Source: an uncultured Verrucomicrobiae bacterium (lineage in GTDB: Bacteria; Verrucomicrobiota; Verrucomicrobiia; Chthoniobacterales; JAFAMB01). Taken from it: a DNA stretch of 64,000 nucleotides. Shown piece after piece: positions 40,486-50,094 of this stretch. A program made the position numbers and the translations under genes. The notes beneath the pieces were generated by a model. The model had not been told where the DNA came from. It saw nothing but the letters and a program-made list of their open reading frames with translations, and did not search any database. The stretch lies in contig CAWEXO010000001.1 of assembly GCA_963813025.1 (NCBI GenBank), positions 167,786 through 231,785 of the forward strand, written 5' to 3'. Within the stretch, counting starts at the first letter, position 1, and each line of letters starts with the position of its first letter.

Positions 40486-41100
40486 TTATTCTTGAGCGTT
40501 GCCCTTCAAAGATTTCCGGTATTTCTCGATCGCGCTTCGATATTCTTCCTGGCCGGCCTGGTACGCCTCCGCCGTGATCAGGCCTTTTCGATATTCTTTC
40601 TCCAAACGCGAGCGTTTGCTCTCAGCCCTTTTTCTTTCGCGCTCGGCGAGGAGACGGTCAGCGTGATGAGGGGAGGCAACGACGGTCTGATGGAGATCGC
40701 GGCTGTCAGGAGGTGGATTATTTTGTTCAGTCTTTGCGAGATTTTCTTCGTCCATGGCCCGATCCGCTGGTTCTGTCGGGAAATCCCGTTCCGGATTTGC
40801 AGGATCCGCCTGCGCAAAGGTTATGATCTTCGGCCAAGACTGGTCCGGGTCGAGAACGGGTTGCGGGTTTGTCGCCGGCTGTTTCAAAGGTTTCACCCCA
40901 GCAATCGCGGCCTTCTTTTCTGGTGCGATCCGCTGGACGAGATGAGATCCTGCGAACCAGACTGCCGCTACCGCGCAAAGAGCAAGCAAGCCCCACAGGG
41001 CCCATTTCTGGGTGGACAGCATTTTTAAACTGGGCAGGGTTGGAACTGAAAGCCGGGTTTTCGCCCGCCGATTTTTTGGTACGTACAATCGCCTTCTCAT
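40486..41100 (-). CDS. Hypothetical single-pass membrane protein
   Basis: One TM helix, Pro-rich linker and charged helical C-terminus (ERKRAESKRSRLE...G.I...AY..G..EY). Confidence 0.6.
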   Translation of the reverse strand: MRRRLYVPKNRRAKTRLSVPTLPSLKMLSTQKWALWGLLALCAVAAVWFAGSHLVQRIAPEKKAAIAGVKPLKQPATNPQPVLDPDQSWPKIITFAQADPANPERDFPTEPADRAMDEENLAKTEQNNPPPDSRDLHQTVVASPHHADRLLAERERKRAESKRSRLEKEYRKGLITAEAYQAGQEEYRSAIEKYRKSLKGNAQE

Positions 41101-41335
41101 AAGCTCGGTACCTCTCCGATAGATCAAGATATTGTGTTTATCAATACCGAATTCCTCAATATCTTGAGAAAATCTGCGTTTCGCAGCTTATCAGGTTCGC
41201 CCGACCGCTAGCGGGTCGACTTTAAGCGACGCTCGCTCTTCGCCAATCGTCCACTCCGCCCGCAGAGCACTTGGAGACGGTCCGGCCAGAAAGGCTCGGG
41301 AGCGGCTCCAGACTTTTCTGCGCTGGAGATCGGCT

Positions 41336-42883
41336 TTAAAGGGCACGCATAAATGACACTAAATCGGATTTTTCCTGCTTCGTGAGGTGCAACTGGAGCA
41401 CCAGATTAAAAAATTCAACTGTGTCTTCCAGGGTCAGGCAACGTCCGTCATGCATATAAGGCGGACTTTCTTTTATACCGCGCAAGGTGAAGGTCTTGAT
41501 CGGACCGATCGGCGGCTCGTTCACAAAATCCTCCAATCGGAGATCATGCATCTGATGATCGAGGTAGGTTGGCGGCTGGTGGCACTCCGCACATCGCCCT
41601 TTTCCAAAGAACACGTTCTGCCCGCGGATTTCGCTGTCCGTCGCTTTATTTGGATCCAGTTTGCCCTCTGGGTTCAGTTTTGGCGCCGGCGGAAAATCAA
41701 ACATGTTCTGCATTTGAGCCATGTGGCTGACCTGGATGCGATCGAGAATGTTCATTCCTTTTTTAATCGCATGGATCTCATCCCCGTTGAAATAGGCGGT
41801 GCGCTGTTCGAACTCGGTAAAATCTTCTACTGATCTCAGGCTGCGTTTAGATCCATGGATCTGCTGGTTGAACAATCCGCGGAGACTTACCGTGTCCAGA
41901 CGCAGCCTTCGCTGTTCGGGGCGAATATCCGGATTAAGATGAAATTGCCCTGTGGTATGTCCGTTAACATGGCAATCCAAACAAGTCACTCCAAGACTAG
42001 GATTGGCGCTTTTTCGATCATCTGTTGGATTGAACTCTTCCTGCGGAAAAGGGGTAAGAAGCAAGCGTAGCCCATCAAGCTGCACGGGAGTCAGAATATC
42101 TTTAAATAGACGATAGTAGTTGTTGATACTCACCACTTCACCACGCGAGACATCGCCGAGCTCGGATCTGCTCTGCAGGAAAATTGCTGGCGGAAATTCC
42201 GGAAGAAATGCTTCGGGTATATCAAATTCCACATCGAAGCGCTGCAGACGCGGAAACATCTCGATTTGTACTTGCGGGAACACTTGGCCACCCGGCTGCT
42301 GCTTAGGATGGGGTAAGGAAGGATAAGGAAAGAGTCCCGCCTTTCTGATTTCCTCCGGTGACATCTTAGCCAGAGAGTCCCAAGTTACCCCTTCGCGAAG
42401 TCTGGCTGTAGGGCCGACTGCCAGAGGTTTGCCACGGAACATTTTCGCTTCGGGATCAAGTCGCGGAGTGAGGTCGTAACGGCTTTCAAGCAATTTCCTC
42501 TGTGTTTCCATCACCCTCGACTTTTCTTCCATGTCCGACTTCATAATCTCTTCGAAGGTCTGCATCGGTCTCTTGGAATCCAGGGGATCACGGTAAAAGT
42601 CGAACCCTTTGGTTTGACCTTGTTCCGGTTGATCTTTGAACGCCGCAGACGATGGATCCGCGTTTATGGCGCTAAAAACGTCAGATTTATCGTGTTCGTT
42701 CTTGTTTTGTTCGGGACGATTCGGGGGAACCTCGCGTGGCGTCTGAGCGTCTTGAACCGCATCGAACGGCGGCTTCGCCGGCTCGTTCGGCTCGCCCGAT
42801 TGTATTCGAAGAACCGCTAGGAAGAGGGCAAGAAGGATAGCAATCGGCAGAATCCGGTCGGCAAGAATAGAATTTTTTTTCAT
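41336..42883 (-). CDS. Di-heme cytochrome c, cytochrome c peroxidase/MauG superfamily-like
   Basis: Signal/TM segment; two CxxCH motifs (CLDCH, CAECH); G..VFFGKGRC, KTFTLRG....PPY.HDGR..TLED.V.FF. Confidence 0.85.
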   Translation of the reverse strand: MKKNSILADRILPIAILLALFLAVLRIQSGEPNEPAKPPFDAVQDAQTPREVPPNRPEQNKNEHDKSDVFSAINADPSSAAFKDQPEQGQTKGFDFYRDPLDSKRPMQTFEEIMKSDMEEKSRVMETQRKLLESRYDLTPRLDPEAKMFRGKPLAVGPTARLREGVTWDSLAKMSPEEIRKAGLFPYPSLPHPKQQPGGQVFPQVQIEMFPRLQRFDVEFDIPEAFLPEFPPAIFLQSRSELGDVSRGEVVSINNYYRLFKDILTPVQLDGLRLLLTPFPQEEFNPTDDRKSANPSLGVTCLDCHVNGHTTGQFHLNPDIRPEQRRLRLDTVSLRGLFNQQIHGSKRSLRSVEDFTEFEQRTAYFNGDEIHAIKKGMNILDRIQVSHMAQMQNMFDFPPAPKLNPEGKLDPNKATDSEIRGQNVFFGKGRCAECHQPPTYLDHQMHDLRLEDFVNEPPIGPIKTFTLRGIKESPPYMHDGRCLTLEDTVEFFNLVLQLHLTKQEKSDLVSFMRAL

Positions 42884-43168
42884 GGGCGATTGTTCCCAGA
42901 CCGCAGGTGGCGAGTGTTCGCCGGCTACAGTGTAGAAGGATGTTTTTTTTGATGTAATAAATCTGCGAGCGTGGCTTGGGTTTGGCGCTCGCCAGGCGAG
43001 AAAACTAGCGAGGCAGGACCGCCAGGAGGCGGTCCTGAGGCGGTCCCTACCGGTCGACGTCAGTGAGATTACGGTCGGACCGCTGGAAGATATCGCGATT
43101 GGAGATGTGGGGACGCCGGCTAGAAAACACTAACGTCGGGAGTCGCCGCCAGTTCTCACAAGTCCGCG

Positions 43169-46100
43169 CTACTTCTTGGGCGTAGGCGAAGGTTTGCCGT
43201 GTGCTCCACCTTCCGGCTTGCGTGCCGGAGCAGGCGCGTGCTGCGGGGTCGTAGGGGCGTGCTGTGGGGCCGGAGGGGCGTGCTGCGGAGCCGGCGCAGA
43301 AGGCTTGTTTTCCCGGTTCACTGCAGGAGGTGCTTTTGACACATTCGCCGGCGCCTGATGTTGATTTGAGCTCGGCTTCGGCGCTTCCTGCCTGGTCGAT
43401 TGACGATGCGTGGCTGCGTTTCCGACATTCGCCGACGCTGGGCGTGGCGCCGGTTTTTCCGTTTTTGCGAACTCGTGCTGCGACGCCGTGCTTAACTTCG
43501 CCCCTTTCTGGCCGGCCGATTCATGAGACGGAGTTGGCGTCGGCTTTTCCCCGTTCGCCGGCGTGCGGCGCGGTGTCGTGGCCGATTTTGGAGCTTCTGG
43601 GTTCCCCGGCTGACGCGGAGTTGGCGTCGGCTTTTCTACGTTTGCCGGCGTGTGACTCGGTGTCGTGGCGGATTTTGGAGTTTCTGGGCTGGTCGGCTGA
43701 TGCGGAGTTGGCGTCGGTTTTGGCGTCGCTGGATTCGCCGGCCCGGGATGCGGCGTGGTCTCTGGTTTCTTCTCCGGAGCTGGCGGTGCGACCGCGCGCG
43801 GTGTCGCAGCAGGTTGAGGTGTAGTCTGTCCAGGCGGTAAATTACTCGTTGGCTTTGGCGTCGGACCTCCAGCCGGTCCGTTCTCTTGAGGCCTTGCCGG
43901 GGTTGGCGATGGCTTTGGAACGTTCAGATTTGGCGGAGTAGACTTTTGAACATTTGGCGACGGTCCGGGCACAGCCCCGGTTGGCAATTGTTTCTGTGCC
44001 GTGGGTCCCGGTCTGCCTCCGGCCGGTGTCGGCGGAGCGCCCGGACTTCCGCCGGGTTTCGCGACCAGCAGGTTCGGTGGCAAGGGCTTCTTTGCGGCAG
44101 CCGATGCCTTCAACGCGGCATTTGGAGTGACGGTAGCGGCGGACGTCTTCTGCCCAAGGCCAGGTGCCGGTTTCAACAAATTCGGCGGTGTTTGCTTTTG
44201 GCCGGCAACAACACCTGGAGAGCCGACCGCTCCTGGGGGTCCGGCCACCTGAGGCTGCGTAGCAATCTGCGGTTTTGCAAAAGGTGTCGCTTTCGGCAGG
44301 TTCTTCGGTGGAGGCGCTTGGGCAGCGATGGTCTTCTGGAGTTTCGCCGCCTCTGCAGGCGGCACTCCTTGCCAGCCTTTTTCAACAACCGGGTTAGCAA
44401 TACGGTTCTGCACAGGCGGCGCTTTTGTTGCGGCTGCTTTCAACGTGGCCGCCGGTGCTACCACCTTGAGCTGATTGCCCTGAAGAGTCTGACCGTATTT
44501 CGCGTTTGGATCGGTTGCCGGATTAAAGGCAAGTCTAACCGGCTGAATATTCCGGTTAGTCCTGGCCGCAACGGTTTGAACCGGCGGTCCGTAGTTATTG
44601 ATCACGTTGTTGTTGTTAACAATGTTTGTAACATTCTTCGTCTCAGTAATGATCTGAACGTTTCGCTCAGGCGGTTCAACGAACCGCGCATAGCTCGGTT
44701 CGGACCAATGCGAATAGTTGATAAAAGTATAGGCCGCCGGTCCCATGCCATAATACGCATCGGACCAGGAAGAAATCGCTGCCTGCCCGGAAAAGTCCGC
44801 TTCCGGCGGAAGAGGAGCCCAGCCAACGTAATCGTCGCTCTGCCGCCACGAGACCCAGGCCGGCGCCCATTGATGTCCGGGAACCCAGCACCAACCGGTC
44901 CCGCTTACATCGACCCACCGGCCATAGTGATTGGTTGCCCAACCGAAAGGCTCGTTCGAATCCCAATACCAGCCCCGATCGGTCCAAATCCAGCGGCCGT
45001 CCCGGTAGGGTCTCCAGTCCTCTGATACCCGCGGTCGGAAGCAATAACCGTAATTGCCGGCTTGCACCCATGAGCCTTGATCGGAGGACAGTCTTGTATA
45101 AAAAACATTGTAATTTTCCTCACCCGGCAGCCCCGGTGGGCCAACGGCCATCGGCTGATTGCCGCCCCCTGCTGGAACAGCAACGAAAGCCGCCGTCAAA
45201 TTATCGGAGGTGGTTCCGTATCCAACAATCACTCCCTGATCATTAATGCCATAAGCGACATCCAAGGAATTGAATCCAGCGTCCGAGAGATTTTCGGCAA
45301 CCTTGTCCAGTTCAACGACCTGTCCCTTGGCGAGAAGCACTGCGCGTTTCTGATCGTTGCTATCGCTCTCTCCGACAATTTCACCCGAGCTATTGATTCC
45401 CCGGGCGAAACTTGCGTTGTCATAACCGGGCAACGTCCCTAAATCTTGCAACTGAGAGTGGTCGAAAAGAAAGGCATGGACACGTCCGTCCGCCGTATCG
45501 CTATTTCCCACCACTTGCCCCTTTTTGTTAATGGCGAGCGCCTCGCTATTGGCGCCTCCCAATGTCGCGAGATCGGTAATCTTACCGTTCGCAAGGAGGA
45601 AACCGTGGAACGCATTGTTGCCCGCGCTGTGCCGTCCGACGATCTGGCCGGCATCGTTTATCGCGTAAGCAGTTTCGAGAGCATCCGGTTCGTTTGAGCG
45701 ACCCACTCCGAGGTCTTGAACCGAACCATTGGAGAACGACACCGGCCGATGGTTCTGGTTGCCGCTCTGGCTATCACCCACCGCAACGCCATGATTGTTG
45801 ATACCGAAAGCTTCGCTGGTCGAGGCGCCCTCAAGGGCGCCTAAGGAGACGATCTGCTGGTCTCGCGAAAATAGAAATGCGAGCAGGTTTCCGTTGCCAT
45901 CCTGACTATAACCGGTGACTTGGCCATTGTCGTTCACGGCGCATGCGGCCGTGAGTTTGCCACCGAGCGAACCCACATCGGTTATTGGCTGATCCGAGGT
46001 CGAATAAAGGAATCCTTGATAAACGTCTCCTTGGAAACTGTATCCAACAACCTCGCCTTTATTGTTAATGCCGAGCGCTGCGCTGTTGGCGCCTTGGGGG

Positions 46101-46321
46101 GTCGGGATTCGAGTAATCTGATAGCGATTTTGCCCGGCGGCGACAGAGGCGAAACAAATCGCGCACATCAATCCGATCGATTTCAAAACGAGGAACCGCA
46201 GCGCGGACTTTGTCCGTACTTTTTTTGGACATCCACTCCTCAGGTTCAAGGTCGACGCTCGGTTGGCCGGGAACCGCGTTTCGTCGGCGTGGCTCAGTCG
46301 AATCGCAGGGTGTTTTGGCAT
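43169..46321 (-). CDS. Secreted HAF-repeat + DUF6600 + Pro-rich tail protein (start uncertain)
   Basis: About 7 repeats of 'LGG..S.A..IN..GQVVG...HAFL'; FY..L...GSW...YG..RP...WRPY.DGRW.WTD.GWYW.S.EPFGWA..HYGRW...WAPAWVSWR...GWAPLPP; long P/T/A/K-rich tail. Confidence 0.85.
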   Translation of the reverse strand: MPKHPAIRLSHADETRFPANRASTLNLRSGCPKKVRTKSALRFLVLKSIGLMCAICFASVAAGQNRYQITRIPTPQGANSAALGINNKGEVVGYSFQGDVYQGFLYSTSDQPITDVGSLGGKLTAACAVNDNGQVTGYSQDGNGNLLAFLFSRDQQIVSLGALEGASTSEAFGINNHGVAVGDSQSGNQNHRPVSFSNGSVQDLGVGRSNEPDALETAYAINDAGQIVGRHSAGNNAFHGFLLANGKITDLATLGGANSEALAINKKGQVVGNSDTADGRVHAFLFDHSQLQDLGTLPGYDNASFARGINSSGEIVGESDSNDQKRAVLLAKGQVVELDKVAENLSDAGFNSLDVAYGINDQGVIVGYGTTSDNLTAAFVAVPAGGGNQPMAVGPPGLPGEENYNVFYTRLSSDQGSWVQAGNYGYCFRPRVSEDWRPYRDGRWIWTDRGWYWDSNEPFGWATNHYGRWVDVSGTGWCWVPGHQWAPAWVSWRQSDDYVGWAPLPPEADFSGQAAISSWSDAYYGMGPAAYTFINYSHWSEPSYARFVEPPERNVQIITETKNVTNIVNNNNVINNYGPPVQTVAARTNRNIQPVRLAFNPATDPNAKYGQTLQGNQLKVVAPAATLKAAATKAPPVQNRIANPVVEKGWQGVPPAEAAKLQKTIAAQAPPPKNLPKATPFAKPQIATQPQVAGPPGAVGSPGVVAGQKQTPPNLLKPAPGLGQKTSAATVTPNAALKASAAAKKPLPPNLLVAKPGGSPGAPPTPAGGRPGPTAQKQLPTGAVPGPSPNVQKSTPPNLNVPKPSPTPARPQENGPAGGPTPKPTSNLPPGQTTPQPAATPRAVAPPAPEKKPETTPHPGPANPATPKPTPTPHQPTSPETPKSATTPSHTPANVEKPTPTPRQPGNPEAPKSATTPRRTPANGEKPTPTPSHESAGQKGAKLSTASQHEFAKTEKPAPRPASANVGNAATHRQSTRQEAPKPSSNQHQAPANVSKAPPAVNRENKPSAPAPQHAPPAPQHAPTTPQHAPAPARKPEGGAHGKPSPTPKK

Positions 46322-47113
46322 AAGGGTAAAGCAGCGGGTCGATACTTCGCTACGGCGGAGACTACAATCTGCAGACGGAACCCACCAAAGTCTCATTCAA
46401 ACTTTTTCGGCTTCGCCGATGGCGGCAGGCCAATGACCGATGACCGATGGAAGGCTGGAAGCCTGAACCGCCTTTTCCACCGTGATACCGGCATCCTGCC
46501 GGTCTGTCAGACTCAGCACAGAAGGTCTCAAAGGTCACAAAGATTCGCTTGGCTTACACCAACTCTGATTTCTCTTTTTTTTACTACTGTCGTGAAAATC
46601 TTGCTTTCCTGCGAGGATTTTGGACGAGCTGAACAGTTGAGGTTCACCGGCAAAGATGCCGGTGTCACGGCGGGAAAGTGGCACAAGCGTTTATCGAGAA
46701 CGACCACCGTACGTGTGGAGAAACGTGCGGTACACCAACACGAGAGCGAGGGACGGCAGCATTTCTTCAAATGACGCAATCTTTTCGTGTATGGCAAACC
46801 AGGTCTAACGCCCTTTCAGGGCGGATCGACGGGGGCGGTTTTCCCGGGGTTAAAACCCACGGGCTGAGTCCTGCTGCCCTTCGGGACAACAAACCAAAGT
46901 CCGAAAGGCCCTGGAAGTGTCACCTTTTTCCGCCGTGACACCGGGGCAAAACCATGTCGCGAGACAATAATGCGCTCTGTTCGCCGAAGCCACACGTCAA
47001 CGCGTTTCCCCAAATTCCTGGTTGCGTTCCGCTCAGCTCGCGGCTACGCCCGGTATACCCGAGTCCCGGGTCCCGGGTCCCGAGTCCCGAGTAGCGCGTG
47101 CGCGTCCTGGCAT

Positions 47114-48652
47114 ATGACTTTAGCTGACATCTCGAGCAAATCCGCAGCGAGCGGTGCCGAGCTGCTCGCGGTCCACGATCTGACCAAGACCTTTGGAGAA
47201 ACCGTGGCGCTGAACCGAGTTAACTTTTCCGTAAGAAGAGGAGAAGTTCATTGTCTGGTTGGTGAAAACGGAGCAGGTAAATCCACGCTGATCAAAGTCC
47301 TGGCGGGAGCGGAACAGCCCGATTCCGGGCGGATCGTGGCCTTTGGAAAAGAGTACATCCGGCTCTTCCCGAAAGAAGCGCTCGATTTGGGGATCGCCAC
47401 GATCTACCAGGATGTCGAACTCATCCAGTCGTTGAGCGTAGCGGACAACATCTTCTTGGGCAAAGAGATCCGTACGCGGTACGGCTTCATTGATTACGCG
47501 CGGCAAAACCGCGAAGCGCGCGAACTGATGGATTCGTTGCACATCGCTATTCCCGAGCGCGCATTAGTTGAAGACCTTTCGCCCGGGCAACAGCAGATCC
47601 TGCAGATTGTAAACGCGTTACACATTCGAGCACGGGTCCTGATCATGGATGAGCCGACTTCGTCCCTAGGGGTGGAGGAAACCCGGGCTCTCATGCAACT
47701 CATTAAAAGCCTCACCGAGCAAGGTACCGGTATAATTTATATTTCCCATTTCCTGGGCGAAATTTTTCAGATTGCCGAACGGATCACTGTTCTGAAAGAT
47801 GGGCGTGTAGCCGAGACAAAACCGGCGGCAGAAACGAACCTCGCCAGTGTCACTCGCAGCATGATCGGTCGAGATCCTTTGCAGTTCTACGACCGAGAAA
47901 AGGTCGAGATCCGCGAGGTGGTGCTCCAAGTCCGCGGCCTGACCCGGCGCGGTTTGTTCGCCGACGTCTCATTCGACCTGCACCGAGGCGAGATCCTCGG
48001 TTTCGGGGGAATCGTGGGAGCGGGCCGTTCCGAAGTGATGAATGTGTTGTTCGGAGCCGATCGCCGGGATGGCGGCGAGGTGATCCTGCAAGGTCGCCCG
48101 ATTGATCCCAGGACACCGTGGGACGCGATCGCTCAAGGTATTGCCATGATCCCGGAAGACCGTAACCTGCTCGGCTTGTTCAGTATCCGTTCCGTGCTGG
48201 AGAACACGGCGGTGGTGAATAACCAGGCGCACGGCCTGTTGCTCGATCATCGCGGTGAACAAGCAAAAGTTTCTGGGCTGATCAAACAATTGAGAATTGT
48301 GACTGCCGGCCTCCAGCAACCGGTCGGGTTTCTCAGCGGTGGAAATCAACAGAAGGTCGTCCTTGGTCGCTGGCTGCTCAGCCAAGCCAAGGTTTTCATT
48401 TTCGATGAGCCAACGAAAGGCGTCGATATTGGCGCAAAAGAGCAGATCTATGAACTCATGGTTGGTTTAGCCAGGGAAGGCAGTGCTATCCTCATGGTGT
48501 CCTCCGATATGCCGGAGCTGATTTCCCTGAGCGATCGCATCGCGGTCATGCGAGACGGCCGACTCGTGACGATTGTCGATGCGCGCGCCGTCACGGAACA
48601 CCAACTTCTCGAATACTTTCTCGGCATCGCGGCCACTGGATCTATCGACTGA
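47114..48652 (+). CDS. Monosaccharide ABC transporter ATP-binding protein (RbsA/MglA-type)
   Basis: GENGAGKST, MDEPT; second domain PEDR, LSGGNQQKV, FDEPTKGVDIGAK, SSDMPEL. Start taken at ATG 47114. Confidence 0.93.
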   Translation: MTLADISSKSAASGAELLAVHDLTKTFGETVALNRVNFSVRRGEVHCLVGENGAGKSTLIKVLAGAEQPDSGRIVAFGKEYIRLFPKEALDLGIATIYQDVELIQSLSVADNIFLGKEIRTRYGFIDYARQNREARELMDSLHIAIPERALVEDLSPGQQQILQIVNALHIRARVLIMDEPTSSLGVEETRALMQLIKSLTEQGTGIIYISHFLGEIFQIAERITVLKDGRVAETKPAAETNLASVTRSMIGRDPLQFYDREKVEIREVVLQVRGLTRRGLFADVSFDLHRGEILGFGGIVGAGRSEVMNVLFGADRRDGGEVILQGRPIDPRTPWDAIAQGIAMIPEDRNLLGLFSIRSVLENTAVVNNQAHGLLLDHRGEQAKVSGLIKQLRIVTAGLQQPVGFLSGGNQQKVVLGRWLLSQAKVFIFDEPTKGVDIGAKEQIYELMVGLAREGSAILMVSSDMPELISLSDRIAVMRDGRLVTIVDARAVTEHQLLEYFLGIAATGSID

Positions 48653-49614
48653 TGAACCGAACCCGTTCACGTAAACCGCTTGAACGTCAGTGGTCTTTTC
48701 TGTTGTTGTTCGTTGTTCTGATCTCGGTGGTGGCCGGCAGTGTTAACAGCCGGTATTTCTGGCTCGGCAACATTAGCAATTTGTTAGGTCAAATCTCCGT
48801 GCTCAGCTTAGCCGCTTGCGGAGCGACGATTCTGATTGTCGCGGGAGAAATCGATATTTCGGTTGGAGCGAACATCGGTTTATCCACTGTCTTGATGGCT
48901 ATGTTAATGCGCAGCGGTTGGAACAGTTGGGCAGCGGCTTTCAGTGGAGTGCTGGTCTCAATGGTTTGCTCGTTCTCGGTTGGCACTGCTTCCATTCTTT
49001 TTCATGCGCCCTCGTTTATCGTTTCACTCGCCTGCATCGGCGTTTTTCAGGGCATCGCCCTGTTTATTACCCAGGGCACGCTGCAAACCATTTATGGCCA
49101 GTTCGAGACCCTCGCGAGCGTGAAACTTCTTAACTTTCTGCCGTTGCTTTTTATTGTCGCGTTGGCCGGCTATCTCATCACTTACGTGATTCTGGCGCAC
49201 ACCCAGCTTGGCCGCAGTATCTACGCGATCGGCAGTAACCCGCGCGCGGCCTATTTGGCCGGAATTAACGTTAGACGGCAAAAGCTCATCTTTTTTGCGC
49301 TCAACGGATTGTTTGTCGGCGGCGCCGGGATGCTGCTGCTGTCCCGGGTCGGCGCTGCTCAACCCAGCACGGGGACCGGCATTGAACTGCAAGCGATCGG
49401 GTCGGTGGTGATCGGCGGAGCGCCGATGACCGGTGGCAAAGGCGATGTGATAGGGACTTTTTTCGGAGTTCTCCTTTGGGGTGTCATTGGCAACGCCCTG
49501 AACATTATGCAAGTGAATGCGTACGTGCAGGACGTCATCTTCGGGGTTTTGATCGTGTTCGCGGTAGCTCTCAGCTCGCTCCGCCTCCGTACGGAAAAGG
49601 CGCTCATGCAGTAG
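48652..49614 (+). CDS. Monosaccharide ABC transporter permease (RbsC-type)
   Basis: GEIDISVG, PSFIVSL, T.LGRSIYAIGSN..AA.LAGI, ELQAIGSVVIGG....GGKG. Confidence 0.92.
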   Translation: MNRTRSRKPLERQWSFLLLFVVLISVVAGSVNSRYFWLGNISNLLGQISVLSLAACGATILIVAGEIDISVGANIGLSTVLMAMLMRSGWNSWAAAFSGVLVSMVCSFSVGTASILFHAPSFIVSLACIGVFQGIALFITQGTLQTIYGQFETLASVKLLNFLPLLFIVALAGYLITYVILAHTQLGRSIYAIGSNPRAAYLAGINVRRQKLIFFALNGLFVGGAGMLLLSRVGAAQPSTGTGIELQAIGSVVIGGAPMTGGKGDVIGTFFGVLLWGVIGNALNIMQVNAYVQDVIFGVLIVFAVALSSLRLRTEKALMQ

Positions 49615-49729
49615 CGCTGGTAAGACGCACGGCCTCGTGCGTCACCCTCTCCTGATTACGGACGACGGTTCTGTTGGACAGCCCTCTTTATTGTCGGTCG
49701 ATCCAGGGAAAAACTGTTATGCGCGGAAT

Positions 49730-50040
49730 GGGTCTGTCGGACTTTGGAAATCTGTAGTACGCCCCCAAGCGATTGGCGGTAGGGATGAGCTCCTGCTCGT
49801 CCGGATCGAGACGTGATCCAACGCTAAGGAGGTCAAGCGGGAGCTTGACCCTACCGACGTTGGGTGTTGTGAGACAGCCTCTTGATTCGCGCCGCTTTCG
49901 GAGTGGCGCAAAGGACGAGGAACGGTAGGGATGAGCTCCTGCTCGTCCGGATCGAGACGTGATCCAACACTAACGAGGTCAAGCGGGAGCTTGACCCTAC
50001 CAACCTTGGATGTTGTGAGACGGCCTCTTTATTCGCTCCC
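49730..50040 (+). repeat. Tandem REP doublets GGTAGGGATGAGCTCCTGCTCGTCC...GGTCAAGCGGGAGCTTGACCCTACC
   Basis: Two near-identical ~110-bp units (about 49778-49890 and 49924-50035) after a GGGTCTGTCGGACTTTGG end; further copies at about 26568, 22790 (inverted), 52580 and 57985. Confidence 0.85.
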
Positions 50041-50094
50041 GGCCGGCGCAGGACCAATGCCTGTGCCGCCTGCCGCCATGTTCGATCCAGTTCG

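Noticed and set aside
49730..50040. Repeated GGTAGGGATGAGCTCCTGCTCGTCC units as a CRISPR array
   Set aside because: Only two tandem units, the intervening sequence is itself repeated rather than unique spacers, copies are dispersed in both orientations, and there are no cas genes.
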